DNA of 64,000 nt from Myxococcota bacterium. Its GTDB lineage: Bacteria > Myxococcota_A > UBA796 > UBA2385. Shown one piece after another: positions 35,007 to 45,168 of this stretch (positions are counted from its first letter, which is position 1; each line of letters opens with the position of its first letter). Location: the NCBI GenBank assembly GCA_044344255.1, contig JBIJDH010000002.1, forward strand, positions 256,001 to 320,000. The letters are read 5' to 3'. The notes under the pieces were generated by a model. That model saw only the letters and a list, made by a program, of their open reading frames with translations, was not told where the DNA came from and ran no database searches. A program made the translations under genes and the position numbers.

Positions 35007-36980
35007 ATGTCCGCCGATCCCCCGAAGAGCCCTCGCAGTCCAGACCTCCGGGCCGCGTCCGGGCGCGCCCCGAACGCCAAGGGGGCGGCGGCGCCCGCGC
35101 TGCGGGAGGGCGCTCCGGACGCACGAGAGCACCGGATCATCGGCACCGCCGGGCACATCGATCATGGCAAGACCAGCCTCATCCGGGCCCTCACCGGGGT
35201 GGACCTCGACGCGTCTCCCGAGGAGAAGGCACGGGGCATCACGATCAGCCTCGGCTTCACCCACAAGCGCCTGCCGTCGGGGCGCCAGGCCTCCTTCATC
35301 GACGTGCCGGGTCATGAGCGGCTCGTCCGCACGATGATCGCCGGCGCGACGGGGCTCGACGCCGTGATGCTCTGTGTGTCGGCGGTGGAGGGCGTCATGC
35401 CCCAGACCCGCGAACACCTGGCGATCCTCGGCCTGTTGGGCATTGAGCGTGGCCTTGTCGCCCTGACCATGACCGATCTCGCTGATCCCGACACCCTCGC
35501 CCTCGCTCGGATGGACGTCGAAGAGGCGGTGGCGGGCACCTTCCTCGAGGGGGCGCCCATCCTCGAGACCTCCGCCGGCCCCGAGCCCACGGGGCTGGAC
35601 GCCCTCCTCCTCGCCCTCGACGACCTCCCTCCCCGGGCCGCCGCGCAGGAGGGCCCCTTCCGCCTCCCGGTTGACCGCGCCTTCGTGCGCAGGGGCTTTG
35701 GCACGGTGGTCACCGGGACCGCGCGCAGCGGCGCGCTGAGCGACGGTGAGGAGGTGGAGGTCCTGCCTGCGGGGATCCGCTGCCGCGTGCGCGGGATCCA
35801 GGTGCACGGCGAGCGCTGGTCGGGCACCCGGGCCGGCCTCCGCACCGCCCTCAACCTGAGCGGGGTCGAGCGGGATGACCTCGAGCGCGGCATGGTCGTC
35901 GTGCGCCCCGGCAGCCTGGTCGCCGGCAGCGTGGTCGACGCCCGCTATCAGCACCTCCCTGGGGCGCCCCTCCTCGAAGACGGCGACCGAGTGCGGATCC
36001 TCGTCGGGACCGCCGAGGAGATGGCCGTCGTGACCGTGATCGGCCTCGAGGGAGATCGGGCCGAGGAGGCGGCAGATCCGGGAGCGCTGGCCGTGTTCGG
36101 CGGAGAGGTCGCGTGGCTGCAGCTCCGCCTCGACGGCCCGATCGTCACCCTGCCCGGGGATCGGTTCGTCCTCCGCCGAGAGTCCCCCGTCGAGACGCTG
36201 GGCGGCGGCCTGATCCTCGATCCCTGGGCCCCCCGCGCGCGCCGTCGAGACCGATTGGCCACTCGGGAGGCCCTGCGCGCGCTCCACGGCGGTGATCGGA
36301 TGGTCTTGCTCGAGCGGGCAGGGGACGCCGGGCTCGACGCCGCCGGGCTCGTGGCCCGACAGGTCCGAGGTGGCGTGGAGCTCGGCGACCGTCACCTCCA
36401 CCCCGCTCGGGTGCGCCTCCTTGAAGCCACGCTGCTGGCCGCGCTCTCGGCCTGGCATCGCGCGCGGCCCCTCCTCCCGGGCGCGCCTCGGCGCGAGCTC
36501 CACGGCGCCGAGCTGCCGCAGCTCAGCGAGCGCGCCTTTGACGCCCTCGTGGCGGGGCTCGCCGCGTCGGGGCAGGTGGCCCTGGAGGGCCCACGCCTGC
36601 GCTTGCCCGACTTTCAGGTCACGCTCGACGCGGGCCAGCGCGCCCGCACGGCGGCGATCGAGGCGGAGCTCCAGGCCGCGGGCCTCGAGGGCCCGAAGGC
36701 CGGTGAGCTCCTGGGGCGAGAGCCCGATCTGGTCTTCCTCCTCCTCGAGGCGGGCACGGCGGTCCGGGTGGGGGAGCACATCCTCCACGCCGCCGCCCTG
36801 ACCGGGCTCGAGGCCGCCGTGCTCGCCTTCTTCGCCGGTCACGAGGAGCTCAGCCCCATCGACTTCAAGGAGCTGACCGGCCTCAGCCGCAAGCACGCCA
36901 TCCCCCTCCTCGAGTGGCTGGACGCGCGGCGGATCACCCTGCGTCGGGGCGACGGGCGGGTCCGTTTCGTCTTGTCTTGA
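35007..36980 (+). CDS. selB: Selenocysteine-specific translation elongation factor
   Basis: [27 protein letters not shown]-terminal winged helix [15 protein letters not shown]. Confidence 0.95.
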   Translation: MSADPPKSPRSPDLRAASGRAPNAKGAAAPALREGAPDAREHRIIGTAGHIDHGKTSLIRALTGVDLDASPEEKARGITISLGFTHKRLPSGRQASFIDVPGHERLVRTMIAGATGLDAVMLCVSAVEGVMPQTREHLAILGLLGIERGLVALTMTDLADPDTLALARMDVEEAVAGTFLEGAPILETSAGPEPTGLDALLLALDDLPPRAAAQEGPFRLPVDRAFVRRGFGTVVTGTARSGALSDGEEVEVLPAGIRCRVRGIQVHGERWSGTRAGLRTALNLSGVERDDLERGMVVVRPGSLVAGSVVDARYQHLPGAPLLEDGDRVRILVGTAEEMAVVTVIGLEGDRAEEAADPGALAVFGGEVAWLQLRLDGPIVTLPGDRFVLRRESPVETLGGGLILDPWAPRARRRDRLATREALRALHGGDRMVLLERAGDAGLDAAGLVARQVRGGVELGDRHLHPARVRLLEATLLAALSAWHRARPLLPGAPRRELHGAELPQLSERAFDALVAGLAASGQVALEGPRLRLPDFQVTLDAGQRARTAAIEAELQAAGLEGPKAGELLGREPDLVFLLLEAGTAVRVGEHILHAAALTGLEAAVLAFFAGHEELSPIDFKELTGLSRKHAIPLLEWLDARRITLRRGDGRVRFVLS

Positions 36981-37057
36981 GCCTTCCGCCGCTTCGGGGC
37001 CCCGCGGGGGACCGCGGCTCGTCGGTTGGGTTAGGCCTCCCGCCTCGGAGGTCTTCC

Positions 37058-38308
37058 GTGTCTGAACTGAGCGCGCCGCCCCTCGCCCCTGTCGCCGTAG
37101 ACGATCTTGGCACCGCCAACAGCGAGCTCCTCATCGGCCTCGCAGACCAGTACGGCGCCCACAACTACCACCCGCTGCCGATCGTGGTGACGCGGGCCCT
37201 CGGCTGCTGGGTGCAGGACCCCTCCGGGCGCCGCTACCTCGACATGCTGTCGAGCTACTCGGCCCTGAACCAGGGGCACCGTCACCCGAAGATCATCGGC
37301 GCCCTCAAAGACCAGGCCGACCGGGTGACCCTGACGAGCCGGGCCTTCCACAATGATCAGCTCGGCCCCTTCCTCCAGAAGCTCTGCGAGGTCACCGGCT
37401 TCCCCCGCGTGCTGCCGATGAACTCGGGGGCCGAGGCGGTGGAGACGGGCATCAAGGCCTGCCGAAAGTGGGGCTACAAGGTCAAGGGGATCCCTCACGA
37501 CCAGGCCGAGATCATCGTCTGTGCCGACAACTTCCACGGCCGCACCACCACGATCGTGAGCTTCTCCACCGAGGCACAGTACCGGGACGGCTTCGGCCCC
37601 TTCACGCCGGGCTTCAAGGTCATCCCCTTCGGGGACGCCGACGCGTTGGAGGCCGCGATCACGCCGAACACGGCCGCCTTCCTGGTCGAGCCCATCCAGG
37701 CCGAGGCGGGCATCTTGATGCCGGCCCCGGGCTACCTCTCGCGGGTCCGGGAGATCTGCACCCGTCACAACGTGCTGTTCTTCGCCGACGAGATCCAGAC
37801 CGGCCTCGGGCGCACGGGCCAGATGTTCGCCTGCGACGCCGAGGGCGTGAAGCCCGACTGCATGTCCCTCGGCAAGGCCCTGGGCGGCGGCGTCTTGCCG
37901 GTGAGCGCCTTCGTGGCGACCGACGAGGTGATGGCGGTCTTCCACCCGGGAGATCACGGCTCCACCTTCGGCGGGAACCCCTTGGCGGCCGCGGTCGCTC
38001 GCGCCTCGCTCGAGGTGCTGACCGACGAGCACCTCGCCGCTCGCGCGGCGGAGCTCGGGGGCTACCTGATGGGCCAGCTCCGAGAGATCAACTCCCCCCA
38101 CGTCCGCGAGATCCGCGGCGCGGGCTTGCTGGTCGGCATCGACATCCGCGCCGAGAGCGGCAAGGCGCGCCCCTTCTGCGAGCGGCTGATGGAGCGCGGG
38201 GTGCTCTGTAAGGAGACCCACGATCAGGTCATCCGCCTCGCGCCGCCCCTCGTCATCGAGCGTGACGAGATCGACTGGGCGGTCGAGCAGCTCCGAGCCG
38301 TGCTCTGA
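37058..38308 (+). CDS. rocD: Ornithine aminotransferase
   Basis: [49 protein letters not shown]. Confidence 0.93.
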   Translation: MSELSAPPLAPVAVDDLGTANSELLIGLADQYGAHNYHPLPIVVTRALGCWVQDPSGRRYLDMLSSYSALNQGHRHPKIIGALKDQADRVTLTSRAFHNDQLGPFLQKLCEVTGFPRVLPMNSGAEAVETGIKACRKWGYKVKGIPHDQAEIIVCADNFHGRTTTIVSFSTEAQYRDGFGPFTPGFKVIPFGDADALEAAITPNTAAFLVEPIQAEAGILMPAPGYLSRVREICTRHNVLFFADEIQTGLGRTGQMFACDAEGVKPDCMSLGKALGGGVLPVSAFVATDEVMAVFHPGDHGSTFGGNPLAAAVARASLEVLTDEHLAARAAELGGYLMGQLREINSPHVREIRGAGLLVGIDIRAESGKARPFCERLMERGVLCKETHDQVIRLAPPLVIERDEIDWAVEQLRAVL

Positions 38309-38309
38309 C

Positions 38310-39083
38310 GTGACCACACCTTACAAAGCACCCTTCGTCTGGGACCTCCGGCTCACCCACGAGGGGGGCCGCTCGCTTCGCATCGAGCGGCGGGGGCGCG
38401 GCTTCCGCTTTGATCCCCACAGCGCGCCGATCCCGACCGAGGTCTCGGTGTTGACCGGTCCGTGGGCCACCAGCCTCGACGCGATGTCGTCGGCGGTGCG
38501 ATCGGCCTCGCAGCCCACCCTCGTGGCGGAGGGAGAGCTGAGGGCCTTTCTGGAGGGGCAGGGGCCGGTAATGGCGGTCAAGGCGCCCTGCTCGCTCGAC
38601 GGCGTACAGGTGTCGCTGCGGGAGGCCCCGGTGCCGCCCGATGAGCCCTTGGCGTCGCGGGCTCAGCAGGCGCTCCGGCCCGTCCGCGCGGTCGCTCACC
38701 TGCTCGCGCGGTCCCGACGGCCCCGCTCGGCCCCCCAAGCGGTGGAGCTCCGCTTCCCCTCCGGTCGTCGGCTGGTTCACCTCGGCCTCGCGCTCCACGA
38801 AGGCACGCCGGCGGACTGGATCGAGGGCGTGGTCCGCGAGTGGGGGGCACCGGACTGGCTGGTGCTCGGCGCGGCTTATGGTCAGGAGTCGGCCGCGGCC
38901 GCGCTCCTCCCTCGCCTCGGCGCCGGCAAGGTGCTCGTGACCGACCTCGTCGGCGATGAGCGCCGGGAGCGCGGTCTCCCGGCTCGCCTGCTCACGCCGA
39001 TGGTGGATGAGCTTCGACGGGGCGGCATCGACGCCTATGTCTTCGTGCACGGCGCCTCGATGCGCTTCGAGGACGGCGCGTGA
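38310..39083 (+). CDS. Hypothetical protein, possibly degenerate metallo-beta-lactamase fold
   Basis: SLRIE...FRFDP, LVHLG, PDWLVLG pattern without HxHxDH. Confidence 0.5.
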   Translation: MTTPYKAPFVWDLRLTHEGGRSLRIERRGRGFRFDPHSAPIPTEVSVLTGPWATSLDAMSSAVRSASQPTLVAEGELRAFLEGQGPVMAVKAPCSLDGVQVSLREAPVPPDEPLASRAQQALRPVRAVAHLLARSRRPRSAPQAVELRFPSGRRLVHLGLALHEGTPADWIEGVVREWGAPDWLVLGAAYGQESAAAALLPRLGAGKVLVTDLVGDERRERGLPARLLTPMVDELRRGGIDAYVFVHGASMRFEDGA

Positions 39084-39216
39084 CCGCGTCGGGCCCGCGC
39101 CCGCTCTTCGGCCCGATTCCGCGGACGCGATCGTGTCGACGCGGGTTGTCTGCAATCTCCCTCGTCCCCGGACGTAGTCTCCGCTCCACCACCGCCCACC
39201 CCCTCAGGAGGGAACC

Positions 39217-40569
39217 GTGAGCATCTGGAACACGCTCAAGACACACGCCAAGGCGCAGCTCCTCGACGTCATCCAGTGGATGGAAGACGATCGGAGCACG
39301 ATCGTCTACCGCTTCCCCGTCTTCAACCAGGCGATCCAGGATGGAGGCAAGCTGGTGGTCCGCGAAGGGCAAGCGGCGGTCTTCGTCAGCGAAGGCAAGA
39401 TGTCGGAGGTCTTCGGCCCGGGGACGTACGAGATCTCCTCGCGCACGAAGTCGATCGTCGGCTTCTTCGAGAGCATCAAGTACGGGCTCAACTACCCCTA
39501 CAAGGGTGACATCTTCTTCGTCAGCACGCGCCGCTTCACCGACCAGAAGTGGGGCACGGCCAACCCGATCATGCTGTCGGACCCTCAGATTGGCCCCGTC
39601 CGCATCCGCGCCTTCGGCGTCTACGCCTACCGGGTCTCCGATCCGGCCGCTTTGCTGCGCGAGCTCGTGGGGAACCAGGGGCTCTTCACCACCGAAGAGA
39701 TCAGCGGCCAATTCAAGCGCAAGCTCGTGAGCATGTTCGCCGACGCCGTCGGCGAGTCGAAGATGCCCGTGCTGCAGCTCGCGAGCCAGTACTCCGAGAT
39801 CGGCGACGCGATCCGCGAGAAGATCTCCCCCAAGTTCGAGGCGGACTACGGGTTTCAGCTCGTGGACTTCGTCGTCGAGAACATCTCCCTCCCCCCGGAG
39901 GTGGAGAAGATGCTCGACAAGCGGACGAGCATGGGCCTGATCGGCGACATGGGTGCCTTCACCCAGTTCCAGGCGGCGAACGCCATCGAGGCCGCGGCGG
40001 CCCGCCCGGGCGCCGCCAACCCGATGATGGACGCCGGCATGGGCCTCGCGATGGGCGGCATGATGGGCCAGCAGATGATGAATTCCCAGGCTCGCCCTGG
40101 GCAGTTCAACGCCGCCCCCGCGTACCCCGCCGCGCCGCCGCCGCCCCCGGGCCCCGCGCTGCTCCACTACAACGGGCCGGCCGGGCAGGGGCAGTTCAGC
40201 CCGGCTGACGTCGCCCAGAAGGTGGCCGCGAACCGCGGCGCCCCGCACCACCTCTGGGCGCCGGGCTGGCCGGCTTGGAAGGGCTGGGCCGAGGTGCCGG
40301 AGGTGGTGGCGCTCGTGCCCCCCGCCGCGCCCCCCGCGCCGCCGCCGCCGGGCGCCGCCGCGCTGTGGCACTACCACGGGGCCGAAGGGCAGCTGGAGCT
40401 GCCGGCCGCCGCCATCGCCCAGCGCGTGCTGGCCAACCCCAGCGGCCGCCACCTCGTCTGGAAGGCGGGGCTCCCGGGCTGGCAAGAGGCCAGCCAGGTG
40501 GGCGAGATCATGAGCGCGGGCGTGCCGATGCCGCCGCCGCCGCCGCCGTTCCCGCCGCCCCTCGGCTGA
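39217..40569 (+). CDS. SPFH (band-7, YdjI-like) protein with two C-terminal GYF_2-like domains
   Basis: LVVREGQAAVF, KWGTANPI, RAFGVY; LWAPGWPAW and VWKAGLPGW; AGGAGG RBS. Confidence 0.85.
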   Translation: MSIWNTLKTHAKAQLLDVIQWMEDDRSTIVYRFPVFNQAIQDGGKLVVREGQAAVFVSEGKMSEVFGPGTYEISSRTKSIVGFFESIKYGLNYPYKGDIFFVSTRRFTDQKWGTANPIMLSDPQIGPVRIRAFGVYAYRVSDPAALLRELVGNQGLFTTEEISGQFKRKLVSMFADAVGESKMPVLQLASQYSEIGDAIREKISPKFEADYGFQLVDFVVENISLPPEVEKMLDKRTSMGLIGDMGAFTQFQAANAIEAAAARPGAANPMMDAGMGLAMGGMMGQQMMNSQARPGQFNAAPAYPAAPPPPPGPALLHYNGPAGQGQFSPADVAQKVAANRGAPHHLWAPGWPAWKGWAEVPEVVALVPPAAPPAPPPPGAAALWHYHGAEGQLELPAAAIAQRVLANPSGRHLVWKAGLPGWQEASQVGEIMSAGVPMPPPPPPFPPPLG

Positions 40570-40576
40570 AGCGGGC

Positions 40577-41866
40577 GTGTCCCGCCAACCCTGGGACCGC
40601 GGCACGGCGCAGGCCCTCCCGTCGAGCGAGGTGACCCACCTGCACCTGCTGCGGCACGGGCGGGTGGACACCGGAGGTCGGCGCCTCGCTTACGGGCACG
40701 CCGACTACCCGCTCTCGCCGGAGGGGCGGGCGCAAGGGGAGGCCCTGGTCGGGCTGGTGGAGCGGGAGATCCAGGGGGCGGACGGGGTGATCTCGTCGGA
40801 CCTCTCCCGTTGTACGGAGGTGGCCCGCCCGCTCGCCGAGCGGCTGGGCTTGCCGCTGCTCGTCACCCCAGCGCTGCGAGAGCAGGCGATGGGGAGCTGG
40901 GAGGGCCGGAGCTGGGAGGACCTCACCGCCGAAGATGTGAGCGGAGTGCGCGCCTTCTGGAGTGACTACGCGCGCGCGCGGCCGCCGGGCGGCGAGAACC
41001 TCGAAGACCTCGAGCGCCGGGTCGATGCCTTCTTTGAAGAGCGCTGGGCCGACCTGCGGGGCCGCCGCTGGCTCGTGGTGGCGCATGTGGGCGTCATCCG
41101 CGTGATCCTCACGCGCCAGCTCGGGCTGCCCGTGGGGGAGGCGCTGCGCTTCACGCCGCTCCCTGGCACCCACACCTGGCTCCTGCTCGCAGAGGCAGGG
41201 GCGGTGCTCCAAGTGCTCGGGGAGCGGCCGCGCCCGATGGACGCTGGGGCGGCGGGGGAGCCGCGCCGCGCCTCGGTGATCGCGCCGCGAGGGGCTCGCC
41301 CTCGGGTCGCCCTCTCCGGGAGCGCCGGCACGGGCAAGACCACCCTCGCGATGGCCCTCGCGCAGCACCTCGACCTGCCCTACATCCCCGAGGGGATGCG
41401 GCGCCGCATCGAGGGGGGGCTCGACCTGCACGCCCTCGATCACGGCGGGCTCCGTCGGCTGGTCCTGGCGCTCTGGGAGGAGCAGGTGGAAGCCGAGGAG
41501 GCCTGCCTCCGCGACCACGGCGGCTTCGTCTCAGACCGCTCCCCCCTTGACTATGCGGCGTTCTGGCTGCTCTACCGCTTCACGGATGACACGACCGCGA
41601 CGGAGCGGCTGTTCGAGGCGGTGGCCGAGCGGCTCGACCGGCTCGACCGCGTCGTGCTCCTCCCCTGGGGGGTGCTGCCGCTCCAAGCCGACGGGGTTCG
41701 GTCCACGAACCCTTGGGTGCAGCGGCACTTTCAAGCCTTGGTGGAGGGCCTGCTCCAGCGGCAGCTCGATCCCCGCCGCCTCGCGTCGCTGCCCGACTTG
41801 CAGAGCCTCGACCACCGCCTCGCCTGGGTGATCGACCACCTCGAGGAGGCCGGCACCCGGGGATGA
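40577..41866 (+). CDS. Histidine phosphatase fused to AAA_28-like P-loop kinase/ATPase
   Basis: LLRHG, SSDLSRC, LREQAMGSWEG, VAHVGVIR; GSAGTGKTT, FVSDRSPLD. Confidence 0.85.
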   Translation: MSRQPWDRGTAQALPSSEVTHLHLLRHGRVDTGGRRLAYGHADYPLSPEGRAQGEALVGLVEREIQGADGVISSDLSRCTEVARPLAERLGLPLLVTPALREQAMGSWEGRSWEDLTAEDVSGVRAFWSDYARARPPGGENLEDLERRVDAFFEERWADLRGRRWLVVAHVGVIRVILTRQLGLPVGEALRFTPLPGTHTWLLLAEAGAVLQVLGERPRPMDAGAAGEPRRASVIAPRGARPRVALSGSAGTGKTTLAMALAQHLDLPYIPEGMRRRIEGGLDLHALDHGGLRRLVLALWEEQVEAEEACLRDHGGFVSDRSPLDYAAFWLLYRFTDDTTATERLFEAVAERLDRLDRVVLLPWGVLPLQADGVRSTNPWVQRHFQALVEGLLQRQLDPRRLASLPDLQSLDHRLAWVIDHLEEAGTRG

Positions 41867-41883
41867 GGACGGCCGCCACAGGC

Positions 41884-43158
41884 TCAGCGCGCGTGCGCCC
41901 CGCGGGGGCGGAGGGGGAAGCGCAGCCAGGTGATCATCGCGGCGATGATCGCGGCCACAGCGACGCCGATGAAGACCTGGCGGAGCCCGGCCTCGAGGTT
42001 CGGGACGCCGGAGAAGTCGGCGGCGCCGGGGCGGATGCCCGCGAGCCAGCCGAAGGCCGGGCCGGCGATCGAGGCCCCGACGGTGCGGAAGAAGAGGCCG
42101 AGCGACGTGGCGAGGCCCCGCAGATCGGGGGGCGCGTACTCTTGGGCGGAGACCGTGAAGGACGCGATGGTCGCCCCCATGCCCAGGCCGAAGAGGATGA
42201 GGCCGAGCCGGCTCGCGGTGTCGAAGGCGGCGAGGGAGGCGCCGAGGGCAACGATCAAGGTGCCGGCCCACACGATGGGCCCGAAGCCGGTGCGGCGGAC
42301 CAGCCGGCCGGCGACGTTGGAGGCGAGGGTCCAGGCGACCGACAGGGGGATGACCGCCAGGCCGGCGTCCATCGGGCTGCCGCCGTGGACGGCTTGGATC
42401 CAGAGCGGGAGGTACCCGATGACGCCGAAGAGGCCGGCGCCGAGCGCGATCCCGGCCAGGGCGATCGTCTGCTGGACCGGGCTCTGGTAGAGGCGGCGGA
42501 GCGCGCCGGGCCCGCCCGACTCGCCCGACTCAACCGAGGCGGCGACGCTCGGCCCGCGACGGGGCAGGTAGAGGGCGACCAGGGCGCCGGTAAGGAGACA
42601 GAACGGTAGATTCAACCAGAAGATCCACCGCCAACCGAGGCTCGCCGTCACCCATCCGCCCGTGGCCGGCCCGACCAGGGAGGAGAGCCCCCAGACGAGG
42701 GAGAAGAGCCCTTGCATCCGGGTCCGCTGCTCAATTGGGTAGAGGTCGCCGAAGATCGTGATCGGCAGCGGGACGAGGGCCCCCGCGCCGAGGCCCTGGG
42801 CGGCCCGGCCGAGGAGCAGCGCCTCCATCGAGCCCGCGGCGCCGCAGAGCAGCGTGCCGAAGGCGAAGAGGCCGAGGCCGACGAGGTAGGTGTCGCGGCG
42901 GCCCCAGCGGTCGGAGAGGCGACCGTAGGCCGGCATCGTCACGGTCTCGACGGCCATGTAGGCGGTGAAGACCCATGGGTAGAGGCCCGCTCCGCCGAGG
43001 TCGCCCACCACCGAGGGCATGGCGGGGCTCACCACCATCACCTCGAGGCTGGCGATGAAGGTGCCGAGCAGCACCGCGCCGGTCACGAGCCGGCGGTGGG
43101 CGGCGGGTAGGGAGGTGAGGGGAGCGGAGGCGGGCGCGGGCACCGGCGCGGAGGACAT
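41884..43158 (-). CDS. MFS drug-resistance-type transporter
   Basis: YGRLSDRWGRR, GRAAQGLGAG, WRWIFWLNLP. Confidence 0.9.
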   Translation of the reverse strand: MSSAPVPAPASAPLTSLPAAHRRLVTGAVLLGTFIASLEVMVVSPAMPSVVGDLGGAGLYPWVFTAYMAVETVTMPAYGRLSDRWGRRDTYLVGLGLFAFGTLLCGAAGSMEALLLGRAAQGLGAGALVPLPITIFGDLYPIEQRTRMQGLFSLVWGLSSLVGPATGGWVTASLGWRWIFWLNLPFCLLTGALVALYLPRRGPSVAASVESGESGGPGALRRLYQSPVQQTIALAGIALGAGLFGVIGYLPLWIQAVHGGSPMDAGLAVIPLSVAWTLASNVAGRLVRRTGFGPIVWAGTLIVALGASLAAFDTASRLGLILFGLGMGATIASFTVSAQEYAPPDLRGLATSLGLFFRTVGASIAGPAFGWLAGIRPGAADFSGVPNLEAGLRQVFIGVAVAAIIAAMITWLRFPLRPRGAHAR

Positions 43159-43214
43159 GCGGGCCCGGCTACCTCGCTGCGCTCACGCTGTCGGCCTGGG
43201 ACCCAGGCGGCCGC

Positions 43215-43685
43215 TCACTTGGCGGCGAGCAGCTCGGCGGAGGAGAGCGAGACCTCGAGGGCCTGCTGGCGACAGCGGGGCAGGCGGGCGCAGCGGAGGC
43301 ACTGCCGGTCGCGCTTCTCGGGGAGGTCTGCGAGAGAGCGACGCTCGAAGCCCACGCCCTCGTAGAGGGCCGGGTCGTCGGTGAGCACGAAGGCGCGGTC
43401 GACGCCCATCGCGCGGGCCTCGTCCAGAACATTGAGCAGCAGCGTCTGCTCGACGTCGGTGCGGTGCGCGGCGAGGGCGCCCACCTCCGCCAGGTAGGTG
43501 TCGACCAGCGAGACCGACGCCACGCCCACGACCACACCATCCTCGATGGCCAGCGTGTAGTCGCGCAGACGCTCGACGATCTGCCGGGCCGTGCGGGGGA
43601 GCAGGCGGAGCGACAGGACGTGGGGCTCGAGCAACGCCACGATGGACGGGACGTCGGCGACGGTGGGCTTGCGGAGATAGTGCAT
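43215..43685 (-). CDS. GNAT acetyltransferase, short N-acetylglutamate synthase (ArgA)-like
   Basis: LLPRT, LAEVGALA, AFVLT, LPEKRDRQCLRC..C typical of short ArgA. Confidence 0.7.
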   Translation of the reverse strand: MHYLRKPTVADVPSIVALLEPHVLSLRLLPRTARQIVERLRDYTLAIEDGVVVGVASVSLVDTYLAEVGALAAHRTDVEQTLLLNVLDEARAMGVDRAFVLTDDPALYEGVGFERRSLADLPEKRDRQCLRCARLPRCRQQALEVSLSSAELLAAK

Positions 43686-43698
43686 GGGCGTCCCTCAG

Positions 43699-43736
43699 AC
43701 CCCATCTTTATGCACCGAAATGAATGAATTTGCAAG
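43699..43736. promoter_or_regulatory. Tandem ARG-box-like sites (putative ArgR operator)
   Basis: CCCAT-N4-ATGCA and TGAAT-N4-TTGCA, 18-bp boxes 2 bp apart, in an AT-rich patch upstream of the argA-like gene. Confidence 0.5.
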
Positions 43737-43793
43737 GTCTGGGGGTATTTCGGGCCAACAAAGCTGATTAGATACGCTTCATTGGTCGCAATT

Positions 43794-45149
43794 TCATATA
43801 CCGTCGCCCTCGTCGCCAGCGGGCGATCGGCCGCTGACCCTCCGCTCGAGCCGGCGGGCCCCGCGGTGCGCGAGGGAGAGCAGGCGCCAGGTGGGGCTCG
43901 CGCGCCAGCGGGAGCGCTCGTCTCGAAGGCGTGCGATCTCGATGAGCAGTGGATCTTCATCGAGGATCGCCGCACGGTGTGGGGCCTCGATCCAGGCCCG
44001 CAGCGGCGCCAGCAGCGGCTGAGGCGCGTAGCGGCGCTCGAAGTGGGCGGCGGCCGCGGCGGCTGAGCCGGGCCCCGCGGCGTCGGCGCGCTGGAGCAGG
44101 GCGTCGCGGAGGGCCAATGGATCGCGGGGGGGCACGACGATCAAGTGCGGCGCTGCGTCATCGACGAGCTCGGTCAGGCCGGTGGTGAGCCCGTCGAGGC
44201 CGAGCCAAGCGAAGAGCAGCAAGCGGGTCCGGCTGCCGAGGCGCGGCTCGGGGCCCGGCCGGTCGAGCGAGAGGCCGACGTGGGCGCGGCCGAGCAGGCC
44301 CGGCAGGGCGGCGTTGCTCACCCATGGCTGGAGCTCGACCCTCCCTGGCCAGCGGGCGGCCCAGCGGCTGAAGCGCGCCCAGCGGTCGCCGCTGAGGCCG
44401 GGCACCGGCCCGCCGAGGGCGAGCAGGGAGATGCGGCGGTCCGCTGCGAGCGCGTGATCGAGGCCCTCGATGAGGGTCTCGTCGTCGAACCAGGGGTTCA
44501 TGGCCCCGGCGAGCGCGAGGCAGAGCGGGTCTCCGGGGTGGCGCGGGCGGGGAGGGAGCCGAGGGTGAGGGAAGTCGAAGGCGATGGGGACGCTGTGGAC
44601 GCCCACCTGCGGCCCTGCGAGCCCGCGCCGCCCGACCGCCCCCAGCGCCCCCAGCGCCGCGTCGGCCTGGCGGGTCGACACGGTGGAGATCGCATCGGCG
44701 CGCCGATACACGAGGAGGGCGGCGGAGGCGGCGGCCGCCCTGCGCTCGGTCGAGAGGGGGCCGTGGTCGGCCAGGGCCTGCAGCTCGGCGAAAGGATCAC
44801 CCGGGAGGTCGGCCCAGACAGGCCGGCCGTCGGCGACGAGGCAGGCGAGGCGGCCGGGGTTGTACGGCCCGGCTGACACGATGACGTCGGCCCCCTCGGC
44901 GGCGGCGCGGCCCTGCTCGATCCAGCCCGGCCCCTCCTCCACGATCTCGAGGGTGCCCTCCCACCCACGGAGGGGGGGGCCTTGGCGCTCGCCGAGCAGG
45001 AGGGTGCGGAGCGCGCACACCCCTACGCCGTGGCCCACCGTCCGGAGCCCAGCCTCGAAGTGCGCAGTTCGAAGCTGGGCGAAGCCCGTGTGGCGCTCGT
45101 CTTGTCCTGGGCGCGGGCCGCGGCCGATCAGCAACACCCGCCGCGTCAC
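43794..45149 (-). CDS. Glycosyltransferase, GT-B (GT4-like)
   Basis: RADAISTVS, GAMNPWFD, LQPWVS, GSRTRLLLFAWLG. Confidence 0.7.
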   Translation of the reverse strand: MTRRVLLIGRGPRPGQDERHTGFAQLRTAHFEAGLRTVGHGVGVCALRTLLLGERQGPPLRGWEGTLEIVEEGPGWIEQGRAAAEGADVIVSAGPYNPGRLACLVADGRPVWADLPGDPFAELQALADHGPLSTERRAAAASAALLVYRRADAISTVSTRQADAALGALGAVGRRGLAGPQVGVHSVPIAFDFPHPRLPPRPRHPGDPLCLALAGAMNPWFDDETLIEGLDHALAADRRISLLALGGPVPGLSGDRWARFSRWAARWPGRVELQPWVSNAALPGLLGRAHVGLSLDRPGPEPRLGSRTRLLLFAWLGLDGLTTGLTELVDDAAPHLIVVPPRDPLALRDALLQRADAAGPGSAAAAAAHFERRYAPQPLLAPLRAWIEAPHRAAILDEDPLLIEIARLRDERSRWRASPTWRLLSLAHRGARRLERRVSGRSPAGDEGDGI

Positions 45150-45168
45150 GGGAGCCCCGCGCGCCTGC

